Positions 9,468 to 20,800 of a stretch of DNA of 64,000 bases are shown here, piece by piece (the stretch's first letter is position 1; each line of letters starts with the position of its first letter). The stretch is from Armatimonadota bacterium (GTDB lineage Bacteria > Armatimonadota > Fimbriimonadia > Fimbriimonadales > GBS-DC), in contig JBBIML010000011.1 of assembly GCA_037444405.1 (NCBI GenBank), forward strand, positions 32,001 to 96,000, in the 5' to 3' direction. The notes under the pieces were generated by a model, which was not told the DNA's origin, searched no databases, and worked only from the letters and a program-made list of their open reading frames with translations. The position numbers were made by a program, and so were the translations under genes.

Positions 9468-10331
9468 TTATGTTTCACGGGGAATGAGCGCGATACCCAC
9501 GCTCCCTTCATGCGCCAGCTGCCGAACGGGAGGTGCAATCCATCTACCCATCACGACGGGCATAGCGCGTTTGCCCATCTTTTCGAGAATGTGCGCCCGC
9601 CGTATCGCGTGCTCCACATCGCCCTTGCCGATGCCCCATGAGGCTTCCACCACCAGATACAGCTCCTGCTGATCCACACGGCTGCGCCCGCGCAGCACAA
9701 AGTCCGCCCGATGGAGTTCGTCCCACTCGTCTTCCGTGATCAGACCCGCGTCGAATGCCGGCTCCAGCAGGTCATCCAGCTCCTCATGGGAGAGCAGGCG
9801 GCAGCGTCGCACGAATCGGCTCAGATACGCCGGCGCGTGCCGACAGATTTTCCACTCCACATGCATCCCTTTGAGCGGCGCCAGGTCCTGCTCAATCTGG
9901 TCCAGATGCTGATCATGCCGCTGCAACAGCATCGTGTGTGTCTGCAGAATCGTTGCCTGTTCCTGCAGAGCCGCCGTGTGTTCCCGCAGGATTGCTGCAT
10001 GTTCCTGCAGGATTTGTTCATGATGCCTCTGCATCTCTAAAATTTGCTGAGCCAGCTGTTCGAGGCGTTCCAGTCGCTCTTCATGCCGCTGGTGTAGCCT
10101 CGCATGCTCCTGCAGAATCTGCTCGTGGCGCAGCTGCACCTCCAGAATCTGCTGCAAGAGCTGCTCGTGGCGATCGACGCGCGTAACTAGCTGCTGTGCC
10201 AGCTGCGCCACCAGTTCGGGCAGGCGCAACAGTTCGTCGGTCAGCAGCAGTCGGCGCAGCTCTGCCCGCCACTCTGGACGCTTTTCCAGCAGTTGAATCA
10301 GTTCCCGAAAATCGAGCTCATCGAACGGCAT
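9468..10331 (-). CDS. coiled-coil protein with C-terminal PD-(D/E)XK-like domain (DUF3782-like)
   Basis: PEWRAELRRLLL start, long heptad repeats, ADFVLRG...LVVEAS...DV..A..RA. Confidence 0.65.
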   Translation of the reverse strand: MPFDELDFRELIQLLEKRPEWRAELRRLLLTDELLRLPELVAQLAQQLVTRVDRHEQLLQQILEVQLRHEQILQEHARLHQRHEERLERLEQLAQQILEMQRHHEQILQEHAAILREHTAALQEQATILQTHTMLLQRHDQHLDQIEQDLAPLKGMHVEWKICRHAPAYLSRFVRRCRLLSHEELDDLLEPAFDAGLITEDEWDELHRADFVLRGRSRVDQQELYLVVEASWGIGKGDVEHAIRRAHILEKMGKRAMPVVMGRWIAPPVRQLAHEGSVGIALIPRET

Positions 10332-10357
10332 CGGCTATCCCAGCAGGGATTATACCA

Positions 10358-13168
10358 TTAAAACTGGAAATTCAGGTTGGCGTCCAGTGAGCGGGCGCGG
10401 TAGCTGTACTGGCGGTACTGTGGGTCGAGGTTCAATTGCTCGCGGAAGCGATAGCTCAATACAAACGAGAGATTGCGCGCGATTCGGTACTCGTAGCCGA
10501 AGTTGAACAGCGTATCGCGCGACGCCAGATAGCCGCGCAGGTCGGTGCGCTGCCACTCGGCGAACAGGCTCTGATTCTTGCCAATCGCGTAGCTGGCGCG
10601 GAACGCCAGCCCGACAGGTTGCTGGGTGAACGCGCCGGGCGTGCTGCCGAACCCCTCACCCAGCACGCTGCGCGTGGTCATCTGATAAAAGCTCAGGTTG
10701 AAGGTCCATCGGTTCAGCGGTCCGATTTCCGCCGTGAGCGAGAGGTATTCATTATTCGAGCTGCCCGTCGCGGTGAGAAACCGCACATCCTGTCGTGACC
10801 AGTTCGCGTTCAATGAGAGCCACTCGAACGGCAGGTAGCTGATGCCCACATTGAGCGCGCGCTGTTCGCTGTTGGTCTGAAAGTCGCCGGCGGAGCGCTG
10901 GATGCTTGCCTGCACATCGACGGAGACGGTATCGAGGGGCGTCCAGCGGATGCTCAGGTCGTGCCCTTTGCCGCGCACGCCGAAGTAGGTGTAGCCGCTG
11001 TAGAAGGGTGCGCCTGACGAGAAGCCGTTGCCGTTGTAGCCGACGCCCCACGGGTTCTGGAAGCCGTTCCCGAACGGCGGCTGGAAGCCGCCCGTCTGAC
11101 GCGAGCGCCCGATAAAATCGCTGCCCAGTCGCCCCGAATCGAGGTCGCTCCAGCGGTAGCTGACCTCCAGCCGATCGGATGGTCGCCAGGAGGCGCTCAG
11201 GCTGAAATCGCGTGCCCGTGAAGCTGAGCCAGACTGATTGACATTGCTAACAGCGGCGGTGCCCTGCAGGCTCAAGCGCGGGTTGACCGTCCAGTCCACT
11301 CGTGCCCGCAGGCTCTGAATCCGATAGGTCTGCAGGGTGGGGTTGCCCTGCGTGCCCTGAAAGCGTGCGGTCGCCTCCGTGCGGTCATAACCCAGCGAGA
11401 AGTTCACGCGCTTCCATGTGCGCCCGATGCTGATGGAATCGATGGTCTGCTGATTGTGGCTGCCGGTTGAAGTGGCACGGTTGAGGGTGCGTGTGAGGCT
11501 CAGGCTAAAGCCGTTCGCGGGCGCGTGCGACAGGGTGTAGGTCTGGATATCGGTGTCGGTGAAGCTGGTGCTGAAACCGCCGCTGAGCGGGTTGAGCGAC
11601 GCGACGCGCGACTGGCTCCAGTTGAGCTGGAACTGGGTCGCACTGCCCAGCCGATAGGCGAGGCTGCTGCGGTGCCCCGTCTCGTTGCGGCGGAAGCCTG
11701 TCGATTCGATGCCGATAAACTCGGCGGGGATGCGGTAGTAGCTGCTGTTCAGGTTAAGCCGACCAAAGTTGGACTTTATTTCGCCGATATGGGCGATTCC
11801 TTCCAGCGATGTGGTGAGCGCCTGCGCCCGACTGCGAGCCACATTCCATGCGAGACTCCCCACCTTGCCCAGCGGCAGGGTGATGTCCAGCCCCACCACC
11901 TCGCGGTCGCCGCCAATCGTGGAACCCGGATCGGGCAGCGGCGTGTAGGTCACCTGCACAATCAGATTCTGCGGGATGAAGCGCGTGAAGAAGAAGCGAT
12001 AGGGCAGCACAGGGTCAAAATAGTAGTCTTCCCCTTCGCGCTGGGGCACGCCTGCCACCAGCACCGTGATGGGATGGGCGCTGTCGCGCAGGGGCGGAAA
12101 CTCAAGGTCGTAGGGCACACTGGGCGCGCCCCGCCCGTAAAACTGCTCCGTCCTTGTGCGTAATCCCAGCCCCCCGCGCACCTTCTGGCTCAGCATGCTG
12201 ATGCCCAGATTGATGCCCTGGCCCAGACTGGTTTCCAGTCGCCAGCCCTCCAGTCGGCTCGGACGCGAGTTGAAAGCGTAGGTCTCATAGGTCACCACGA
12301 TTGTGGAGGTGCGCGGGATAATCATTCCCTCGCGGAACTGTAGGATGCCCGCATAGTAGTCGATGGTGTAGTCCTCGCCGCGCCGTTTCTCGACGCCATC
12401 GACCTGCACGCGCTCGCTACCGTCCACAATCTGGCTGCCCTGCAGGTAATAGGGGCCGGGGCTGTCGTTGCCCTGGATGGTGATGGTACGCGCGGCGGCT
12501 TTGGTCTCGGAGGTGATGTAGCGCATGGAGCTGCGCCCGAACTTCGCAGTAGCGATTGCGCCTTTCAGCGTGCGGTTGAACGCCACCAGCTGATTGGAAC
12601 CGCCCAGAATCGCGTTAATATCGCCCCACTCCAGCGTGAAGTTCGGCGATTCATAGGTCCAGGTGATGCGGGAGTCGAACGGGTTGCGGAAGCGGCTGTT
12701 GCTCCAGCGCCAGTCGAAGCTGAACAGTCCGAACAGCCGATCGACGCGGATGCTGAGGTCGGTGTAGTCGGTGGTGCGTTGACCGCCCTGGCCGTAGTAG
12801 TTCTGGTCGCGGAAGGAGGCGGTGTCGCCCTCCACCTGATGCAGATGGAAGCCCATCGTTTTGCGCCCGCTGATGGTGACGCGCTCGCGCAGCTCCTGTT
12901 CAAAGGCGTCCCATGAGCGCAGGGCGTTCCGAATCGCGTCCAGCGTGTTGCGCCGTCCAGCACGGGCATGGACAGGTGGCTGATTAGGCGGGCGATTTGG
13001 GGGTGGGTTCTCTGGCGGCGCTTTCCAGCCGAAGTAGTCGGCGACCTCCTTGGGAATGGTGATGACAGGCAGCGGCACCTGCGACCAGCCTGCTGACCAG
13101 AGTCCCATCAGCAGGCTCACAAGCCCCGCGCACCCGATAGTGCTAACCCCTGTCAGATGCCGCCTCAT
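10358..13168 (-). CDS. large secreted outer-membrane beta-barrel protein with SprA-like internal domains
   Basis: Signal peptide, GSERVQVDG..RRGEDYTIDYYAGILQF, long amphipathic beta-strand C-terminal half, terminal Phe (LNFQF). Confidence 0.65.
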   Translation of the reverse strand: MRRHLTGVSTIGCAGLVSLLMGLWSAGWSQVPLPVITIPKEVADYFGWKAPPENPPPNRPPNQPPVHARAGRRNTLDAIRNALRSWDAFEQELRERVTISGRKTMGFHLHQVEGDTASFRDQNYYGQGGQRTTDYTDLSIRVDRLFGLFSFDWRWSNSRFRNPFDSRITWTYESPNFTLEWGDINAILGGSNQLVAFNRTLKGAIATAKFGRSSMRYITSETKAAARTITIQGNDSPGPYYLQGSQIVDGSERVQVDGVEKRRGEDYTIDYYAGILQFREGMIIPRTSTIVVTYETYAFNSRPSRLEGWRLETSLGQGINLGISMLSQKVRGGLGLRTRTEQFYGRGAPSVPYDLEFPPLRDSAHPITVLVAGVPQREGEDYYFDPVLPYRFFFTRFIPQNLIVQVTYTPLPDPGSTIGGDREVVGLDITLPLGKVGSLAWNVARSRAQALTTSLEGIAHIGEIKSNFGRLNLNSSYYRIPAEFIGIESTGFRRNETGHRSSLAYRLGSATQFQLNWSQSRVASLNPLSGGFSTSFTDTDIQTYTLSHAPANGFSLSLTRTLNRATSTGSHNQQTIDSISIGRTWKRVNFSLGYDRTEATARFQGTQGNPTLQTYRIQSLRARVDWTVNPRLSLQGTAAVSNVNQSGSASRARDFSLSASWRPSDRLEVSYRWSDLDSGRLGSDFIGRSRQTGGFQPPFGNGFQNPWGVGYNGNGFSSGAPFYSGYTYFGVRGKGHDLSIRWTPLDTVSVDVQASIQRSAGDFQTNSEQRALNVGISYLPFEWLSLNANWSRQDVRFLTATGSSNNEYLSLTAEIGPLNRWTFNLSFYQMTTRSVLGEGFGSTPGAFTQQPVGLAFRASYAIGKNQSLFAEWQRTDLRGYLASRDTLFNFGYEYRIARNLSFVLSYRFREQLNLDPQYRQYSYRARSLDANLNFQF

Positions 13169-13232
13169 CACCCTCGATTATATTTTAGACGCTCGAACCC
13201 CGCTCATGGAATGCCGTTCTGGTGGCTGGCAC

Positions 13233-13272
13233 AAAAAGAGGACCGGGTGCGAGGGGGGCAACACCCGGTCCT
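13233..13272 (-). terminator. intrinsic terminator of groESL
   Basis: Stem AGGACCGGGTG(13239-49)/CACCCGGTCCT(13262-72) followed by a T-run on the minus strand. Confidence 0.8.
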
Positions 13273-13297
13273 TGGGGGTGGGAGGGGAAGGAAAGGC

Positions 13298-14935
<1,638 letters not shown>

Positions 14936-15223
14936 CTATTCGCGAATAGCGAAGATTTGATCCTCATCCAGAATGAGATACTTCTTGCCGTCATATTCGA
15001 ACTCGTTGCCCGCATATTTGGAGAAGACCACGCGCTGTCCAACCTGCACGCTCATCGGGGCGCGCTCGCCGTTTTTGAGCAGTCGTCCCGGTCCGACGGC
15101 GACGACAACCCCCTCTTGCGGACGCTTTTTAGCGGTATCGGGCAGAATAATACCCGCGCTGGTCTTCTCATCTTCCTCTATCAGCTCCACCACAACCTTG
15201 TCACCAAGCGGTTTGAAAGTCAT
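14936..15223 (-). CDS. groES: co-chaperonin GroES
   Basis: [10 protein letters not shown]...GIILPDTAK...VVAVGPG...SKYAG. Confidence 0.98.
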   Translation of the reverse strand: MTFKPLGDKVVVELIEEDEKTSAGIILPDTAKKRPQEGVVVAVGPGRLLKNGERAPMSVQVGQRVVFSKYAGNEFEYDGKKYLILDEDQIFAIRE

Positions 15224-15371
15224 ACATCTCACCTCCTTCGAAAGTCTGGAATAAAACGCTCAGGCACGCGGCTTGCGTGTCGCCTTAATATATACCTGAT
15301 GCGGGATGGGGGTTGTCAAGGGGTGGGGAGGGTGTTCGAAAATTCGGGGCATAATATCGACCTGAGCGAAG

Positions 15372-15459
15372 CCCCCTCACCCATACCCTCTCCCTCAAAG
15401 GGGGAGAGGGGGCTTAGTTTCTCCCTCTCCCCAGCGGGGAGAGGGTCGGGGTGAGAGGC
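15372..15459. repeat. BoxC-like CCCTCTCCC..GGGAGAGGG palindromic repeat (doublet)
   Basis: CCCTCACCC-ATA-CCCTCTCCC...GGGAGAGGG unit and its inverse; related copies at 3954-4033, 23035-23070, 33197-33236, 36846-36883, 39790-39880. Confidence 0.8.
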
Positions 15460-15524
15460 ATCTTTGCCTCTGGGCTGGGAATCCTACTCCCAGATTGGAA
15501 TTTTCGAACACCCTCTCCCCCCCC

Positions 15525-15554
15525 TTGACTTTTCTGTCATCGATGTGGTATAAT
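15525..15554 (+). promoter_or_regulatory. sigma-70 promoter of nosZ
   Basis: TTGACT-N18-TATAAT with extended TG. Confidence 0.75.
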
Positions 15555-15619
15555 AAACGGTGTCATTAGGCTGAGCAGGTCTAATGACCTCATAAATGCG
15601 GTCAACGGGAGGAGATACA

Positions 15620-17602
15620 ATGAAAAGCTGGCTGAAGTACCTGACTGGAGCTGTGGTGTTGATTGTGGTGATCGCGATTGTGCTGGTAGTGCGCAATATG
15701 CGCCAGACGGCTCTACCAGCTGGTTTACCTGCAGACGCGCTGTCAGTTGCACGCGAGCGCGGTCTGACCCCCGACGATGTGTATGCTGCGCTGGCGACCT
15801 ATGTGCCAGGCGGCAAACCCGACGAGTATGTGATGTTCGCCTCGGCTGGACACGGCGGACAGGTGATCGCCATCGGCATCCCCTCGATGCGCATTCTGAA
15901 GGTGATCGCCGTGTTCGCTCCGGAACCGTGGCAGGGCTATGGCTATGGTGTGAAGGAGAACCCGCTCCATGAGCTGTACGGGCGTGGTCCCTATCCCGCT
16001 GCGGACACGCATCACCCCGCCTTGAGTGAGACCAACGGCGAATATGATGGGCAGTTCCTGTTCATCGGTGATAAGGCGAACGGGCGCGTTGCCGTGATCG
16101 ACCTGCGCGACTGGGAGACCAAGCAGATTGTGAAGAACCCCGTGTTCGAGAACAACCACGGCGCGGCGTTCGTCACGCCCAACACCGAGTATGTGGTGGA
16201 GGTCTCGCAATACGGCTTACCGCTGGGCAACAAATACGCGCCGATCGAGCGCTACAAGGAGGAGTATCGCGGGCTGATTACTTTCTGGAAGTTCGACCGC
16301 AAGAAGGGGCGGATTATCCCGGAGCAGTCGTTCGGCATCGAGGTGCCGCCTTACTGGCAGGACCTTGCCGATTGCGGTAAGGCTGCCAGCGACGGCTGGG
16401 TGTTCGTGAACTCCTTCAACACCGAGCTGGCGACAGGCGGCATCGAGAAGGGTCGGCCGCCCTTCGAAGCGGGCGTTTCCCAGAACGACATGGACTACCT
16501 CCATATCATCAACTGGAAGCAGGCGGAGAAACTGGTTCAGCAGGGCAAGTTCGTCACCATTAATGGCTTCAAGGTGCTGCCGCTGAAGGAGGCGGTCGCG
16601 GGTGGCGTGCTTTACTTTACTCCTGAGCCGAAAAGCCCGCACGGCGTCGATGTGTGCCCCTGCGGGAAGCATATCGTGGTCGGCGGCAAGTTAGACCCGC
16701 ATGTCACCATCTACAACATCGAGAAGATTAAGCAGGCGATTGCCCGCAAGGACTACGAGAAGATCGACCCGTACGGTGTGCCCGTGCTGCGATTCGACGC
16801 CACCAAAGAGGCGCAGGTGGAGGTGGGGCTGGGACCGCTGCACACCCAGTTCGACGACAAGGGCTACGCCTACACCAGCCTGTTCCTGGACACGGCGGTC
16901 GCCCGCTGGACGCTGGGCGATTGCAAATACAAAGCGCCGGAAGAGCCGTGGAAGCTGGTGGGCAAGATTCAGACCCACTACAACATCGGGCACCTCGCCG
17001 TAACGGAGGGCGACACGGTCAACCCGCAGGGCAAGTACCTCGTCGCGCTCAACAAGTGGTCGGTGGACCGCTTTGCGAACGCTGGTCCGCTGCTGCCGCA
17101 GAACCTGCAGCTGATTGATGTTAGCAACACGGGCGAGACTATGCGCCTGCTGTACGATATGCCTGTGGGCATCGGTGAGCCGCACTATGCCCAGATTATC
17201 CGCGCCGACCGCCTGAAGAGCTGGGAGGTCTACCCCGAAGTCGGCTGGGACGCGCACCAGCAGGCGAAAAGCCCGCATGCCGCGACCAAAGGGCGCGTCG
17301 AGGTGCGCGGCAATACCGTCACGATTTACCAGACGCAGATCCGCAGCCACTTCGAGCCGGAGCATATCAAGGTGAAGAAGGGTCAGCGGGTCATCTGGCA
17401 TCTTACCAACCTGGAGCGCACGCGCGACGCCACTCACGGCTTCACCCTGCCCGGCTACGGGATCAGCGCGAGCATCGAACCCGGTGAGACCGTCACGATT
17501 GAGTTCGTGGCGGATAAGGAAGGGGTCTACTCCTTCTACTGCACGGAGTTCTGCTCCGCGCTGCACCTGGAGATGATGGGCTATCTGCTGGTGGAGCCGT
17601 GA
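15620..17602 (+). CDS. nosZ: nitrous-oxide reductase, clade II (Sec-dependent)
   Basis: CuZ His motifs DTHHP, NNHG, SPHG, GPLH, NIGH, EPHY; CuA DATHG...CTEFCSALHLEM; hydrophobic leader without twin-Arg. Confidence 0.96.
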   Translation: MKSWLKYLTGAVVLIVVIAIVLVVRNMRQTALPAGLPADALSVARERGLTPDDVYAALATYVPGGKPDEYVMFASAGHGGQVIAIGIPSMRILKVIAVFAPEPWQGYGYGVKENPLHELYGRGPYPAADTHHPALSETNGEYDGQFLFIGDKANGRVAVIDLRDWETKQIVKNPVFENNHGAAFVTPNTEYVVEVSQYGLPLGNKYAPIERYKEEYRGLITFWKFDRKKGRIIPEQSFGIEVPPYWQDLADCGKAASDGWVFVNSFNTELATGGIEKGRPPFEAGVSQNDMDYLHIINWKQAEKLVQQGKFVTINGFKVLPLKEAVAGGVLYFTPEPKSPHGVDVCPCGKHIVVGGKLDPHVTIYNIEKIKQAIARKDYEKIDPYGVPVLRFDATKEAQVEVGLGPLHTQFDDKGYAYTSLFLDTAVARWTLGDCKYKAPEEPWKLVGKIQTHYNIGHLAVTEGDTVNPQGKYLVALNKWSVDRFANAGPLLPQNLQLIDVSNTGETMRLLYDMPVGIGEPHYAQIIRADRLKSWEVYPEVGWDAHQQAKSPHAATKGRVEVRGNTVTIYQTQIRSHFEPEHIKVKKGQRVIWHLTNLERTRDATHGFTLPGYGISASIEPGETVTIEFVADKEGVYSFYCTEFCSALHLEMMGYLLVEP

Positions 17603-17615
17603 GACCTCTCCACTG

Positions 17616-17647
17616 GGGGCAGGGGACGCCCCCCTGCCCCACTTTTT
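17616..17647 (+). terminator. intrinsic terminator-like hairpin after nosZ
   Basis: GGGGCAGGGG-ACGCC-CCCCTGCCCC-ACTTTTT. Confidence 0.75.
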
Positions 17648-17670
17648 GGACGCACGCCCAAAAGCAAGAT

Positions 17671-17782
17671 CGGGCATCCTGCCCAAGATGGAATAAAGTA
17701 GCCCGGGCATCCTGCCCGGGATGAGGCAAAGTGGCTTGAGCATTCTGCTCAAGGGATTTCACAGGCAAGATGCCTGTGCTAC
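17671..17782. repeat. cluster of REP-like palindromes (GT(A/G)GC-stem-CATCCTG-stem)
   Basis: Copies at 17671-85, 17698-17720, 17731-53 and inverted 17760-82; further copies at 21640-62 and 43763-85 (minus). Confidence 0.75.
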
Positions 17783-17812
17783 GACGAAAGAGTCTGGTGA
17801 GGAGGAATAACT

Positions 17813-20800
17813 ATGGCAACAACTGGTCACTGTCCAAGAGAGGTTCGAAACAAAGTGATGCTGGGCGTCGCGGCGTTGCTGGTGTTCATCTCCATCTGGC
17901 TGCCCTACTGGCAGATGCACATCGTCGCGCCGCAGTACCCGAAAGGGTTGAATGTGATTGTCTATGTAACGGGCGCAGGCGGCGATGTGCGCGAGGTGGA
18001 TGGACTGAACCACTATATCGGCATGCGTCCACTGGGCGAGGCGGCGCCTTTTGAACGCAAAATCTCGGTGCCCGGTTTGAGCGCGATTGCGCTTGCGCTG
18101 CTTTTCATCATGCTCATTCCGCGCGCCCCACGCTGGTTCCAGATTCTGCTGGCGTTGCCCGTGTGGGCGGTTCCGTTCGTGTTCGCAGGCGACCTCTACT
18201 ACTGGTTGCGTGAATACGGCTTGAATCTGGACCCTAAAGCGCCGCTGAGCGCGATGATCAAGCCCTTTATCCCGCCGCTGGTCGGACCAGGCAAGGTGGG
18301 ACAGTTCCATGTGATTGCGTGGTTCCATATCGGCTACTTTGTGGTGATCGCAGCGGGCGTGCTGACGCTGATTGCCATCCGGCAGCGGTTCCGGTGTGAG
18401 CAGTTGCGGCAGGCGGTGCCAGCGATAGCGAAAGCTGCTGCCGCGCTCCTGCTGATGGTCGTTCTGCCGAACGGCTGGGCGCACGAATGGGTCATCAGCC
18501 CACAAAGCGACCAGAGCCTGCAGGCGGTCATCCAGCAGGCGCGGGCAGGCGACACCATTCGGGTGATTGGCGGCGAATATCGGGGCAACTTCATCGTTGA
18601 CAAGACGCTCACTCTGGTGGGCGAGCGCTCCCCCGTCCTCGACGGCGAGCGGCGGGGGAGCGTCATTCACCTCAAAGCGCCCCGATGCGTCCTCAAGGGC
18701 TTCATCATTCGCAACAGCGGTATCACGCTCAGCACCCAGGATAGCGGCGTGCGGGTCTCCGCACCCAATTGTATCGTGGAAAACAATCGCATCGAGCAGG
18801 TGCTGTTCGGCGTCCATCTGGAGCATGCCGACCGAACAGTTATTCGCAATAACGAAATCTATTCGCATGACCTGCCCATCGCTCGACGCGGCGACCAGAT
18901 TCGAATCTGGTACAGCCACCACACCCTTGTGGAGGGCAATCAGGTGGTGGGCGGGCGCGATCTGGTCTTCTGGTATTCGGAGGGGCTGACCATCCGCAAC
19001 AATCGCGTGCGCAACAGCCGCTACGGTATCCACTTCATGTATTGTAACGATAGCCATGTGGAGAGCAACCTGCTGGAGAACAACTCGGTGGGCATCTACA
19101 TTATGTATAGCGAGGGGGTGCAGGTGCGCGGGAATCAGATTCTGAACTCGCGCGGACCGAGCGGTATGGGGCTGGGCATTAAAGACGGCTACCGCCTGCT
19201 GATTGAAAAGAATCTGGTTGCGCACAATCGCACGGGGTTATTTATTGACAGCGGGGAAGGGGTCTATCGAGAGAACTGGTTTCTGCGCAACGATGTGGGC
19301 ATCCATCTGGTGTTGGCGGTGAAGCCGAACCGTTTTGAGGCGAATCGGATGGTGGAGAATATCGAGATGGTGCGGATGGATCGCCCCGATTCGGTGGCGG
19401 GCGTGCGCTGGGAGGGCAACTTCTGGAGCGATTACACGGGCTATGACGCGAATGGCGATGGCGTCGGCGATGTGCCCTATCGGGCGGTGAGGGTTTTCGA
19501 TCAGATTGCGGCGCAGAATGCGGCGTTGCGCCTGCTGGCGTACAGCCCATCGGCACAGGCGCTCGATTTCGGGGCGCGGCTGTTCCCGCTCTTTGCGCCA
19601 CAACCGCTGGTGGCAGATGCGCGTCCGCTGGTGCGGGCGGGCGAGCCGCCACGCCCGATGAGTCCAGCCCAGACACCCTCGCGAGCGAAGGGGCTGCTGT
19701 TCATGGCAGGGCTGCTCGCGCTCGGTCTGTTGAGCCTGCGGACGCCGGGCACCTCGCGAGCGGGAAAGTACCGCCCCATCACGAATGGAAAGCCATCCCG
19801 GAAGTCGCTCATGAGCCGTTCAGCGAAGCCCGCAATGGTGATTCGAGTGGAGCATCTGACCCGGCGATTTGGCAGGCTGGTGGCGGTGGATGATCTCACC
19901 TTCGGCGTGCGCGCGGGCGAGACGGTCGCGCTCTGGGGCGCGAATGGCGCGGGCAAGACCACCATCCTGCGCTGCCTGCTCGGACTGCTGCGCTTTGAGG
20001 GGTCGGCATCGGTGCTGGGCTATTCGGTCAAACAGCAGGGCACCGCTGTCCGTCAGCGTGTCGGCTATGTGCCCCAGCTTGTTCACCTGCATCCCGATAT
20101 GAGCGTGCAGGAGACCGCCCAATTTTATGCGCAGTTGCGCGGCGTTTCAGCGGAGCGTGCCGATGCCCTCCTACGGGAGTGGGGCTTGAGCGAGCATGCT
20201 GACAAACCCGTGAGCGCGCTCTCTGGCGGCATGAAGCAGAAGCTTGCGCTGGTACTGGCGCTGCTGTCCGACCCGCCTGTGCTGCTGCTGGATGAGCCGA
20301 CCGCCCATCTGGACACCGCCGCCCGCGCCGAATGGCTCCAGCTGCTGCAACGGCTCAAAGCGCAGGGCAAAACGCTGCTGTTCTGCACGCACCAGTTCAA
20401 CGAGGTGCGCACGCTTGCCGATCGGGTGGTGGTGCTGGAGCGCGGGCGCAAGGTGGCGGAGCTGACAGGTGCGCAGTTCGTCGCGCTCTGGCAACGGCAT
20501 GGCAGCCTGCGATTGTCTGTGCCCCAGGAGCAGGTGCAGGTCGCCATCGGGATTCTCAAGCAAGCAGGCTACGATGCGCAAGCCGTCGACGGTGTCCTGC
20601 TGATTCGCCATCTGGAGGCGAAGCAGGTGGAACCGCTCAGCCGACTGCTGCAGGGAGGCATCGAGGTGCTGGATTACGAGTGGCGTCCGCCCAGCGAGCC
20701 GCCCGACTGGAGCCAGATTCCCGAATCGGTACGCTTCGCGGCTCTGACCTCCTCACTTGACGATACACACCCCAACCCCCAGCATAAAGGAGAGAAACCC

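Noticed and set aside
17671..17782. CRISPR array
   Set aside because: Repeats are diverged, irregularly spaced and one is inverted; no cas genes; REP-like instead
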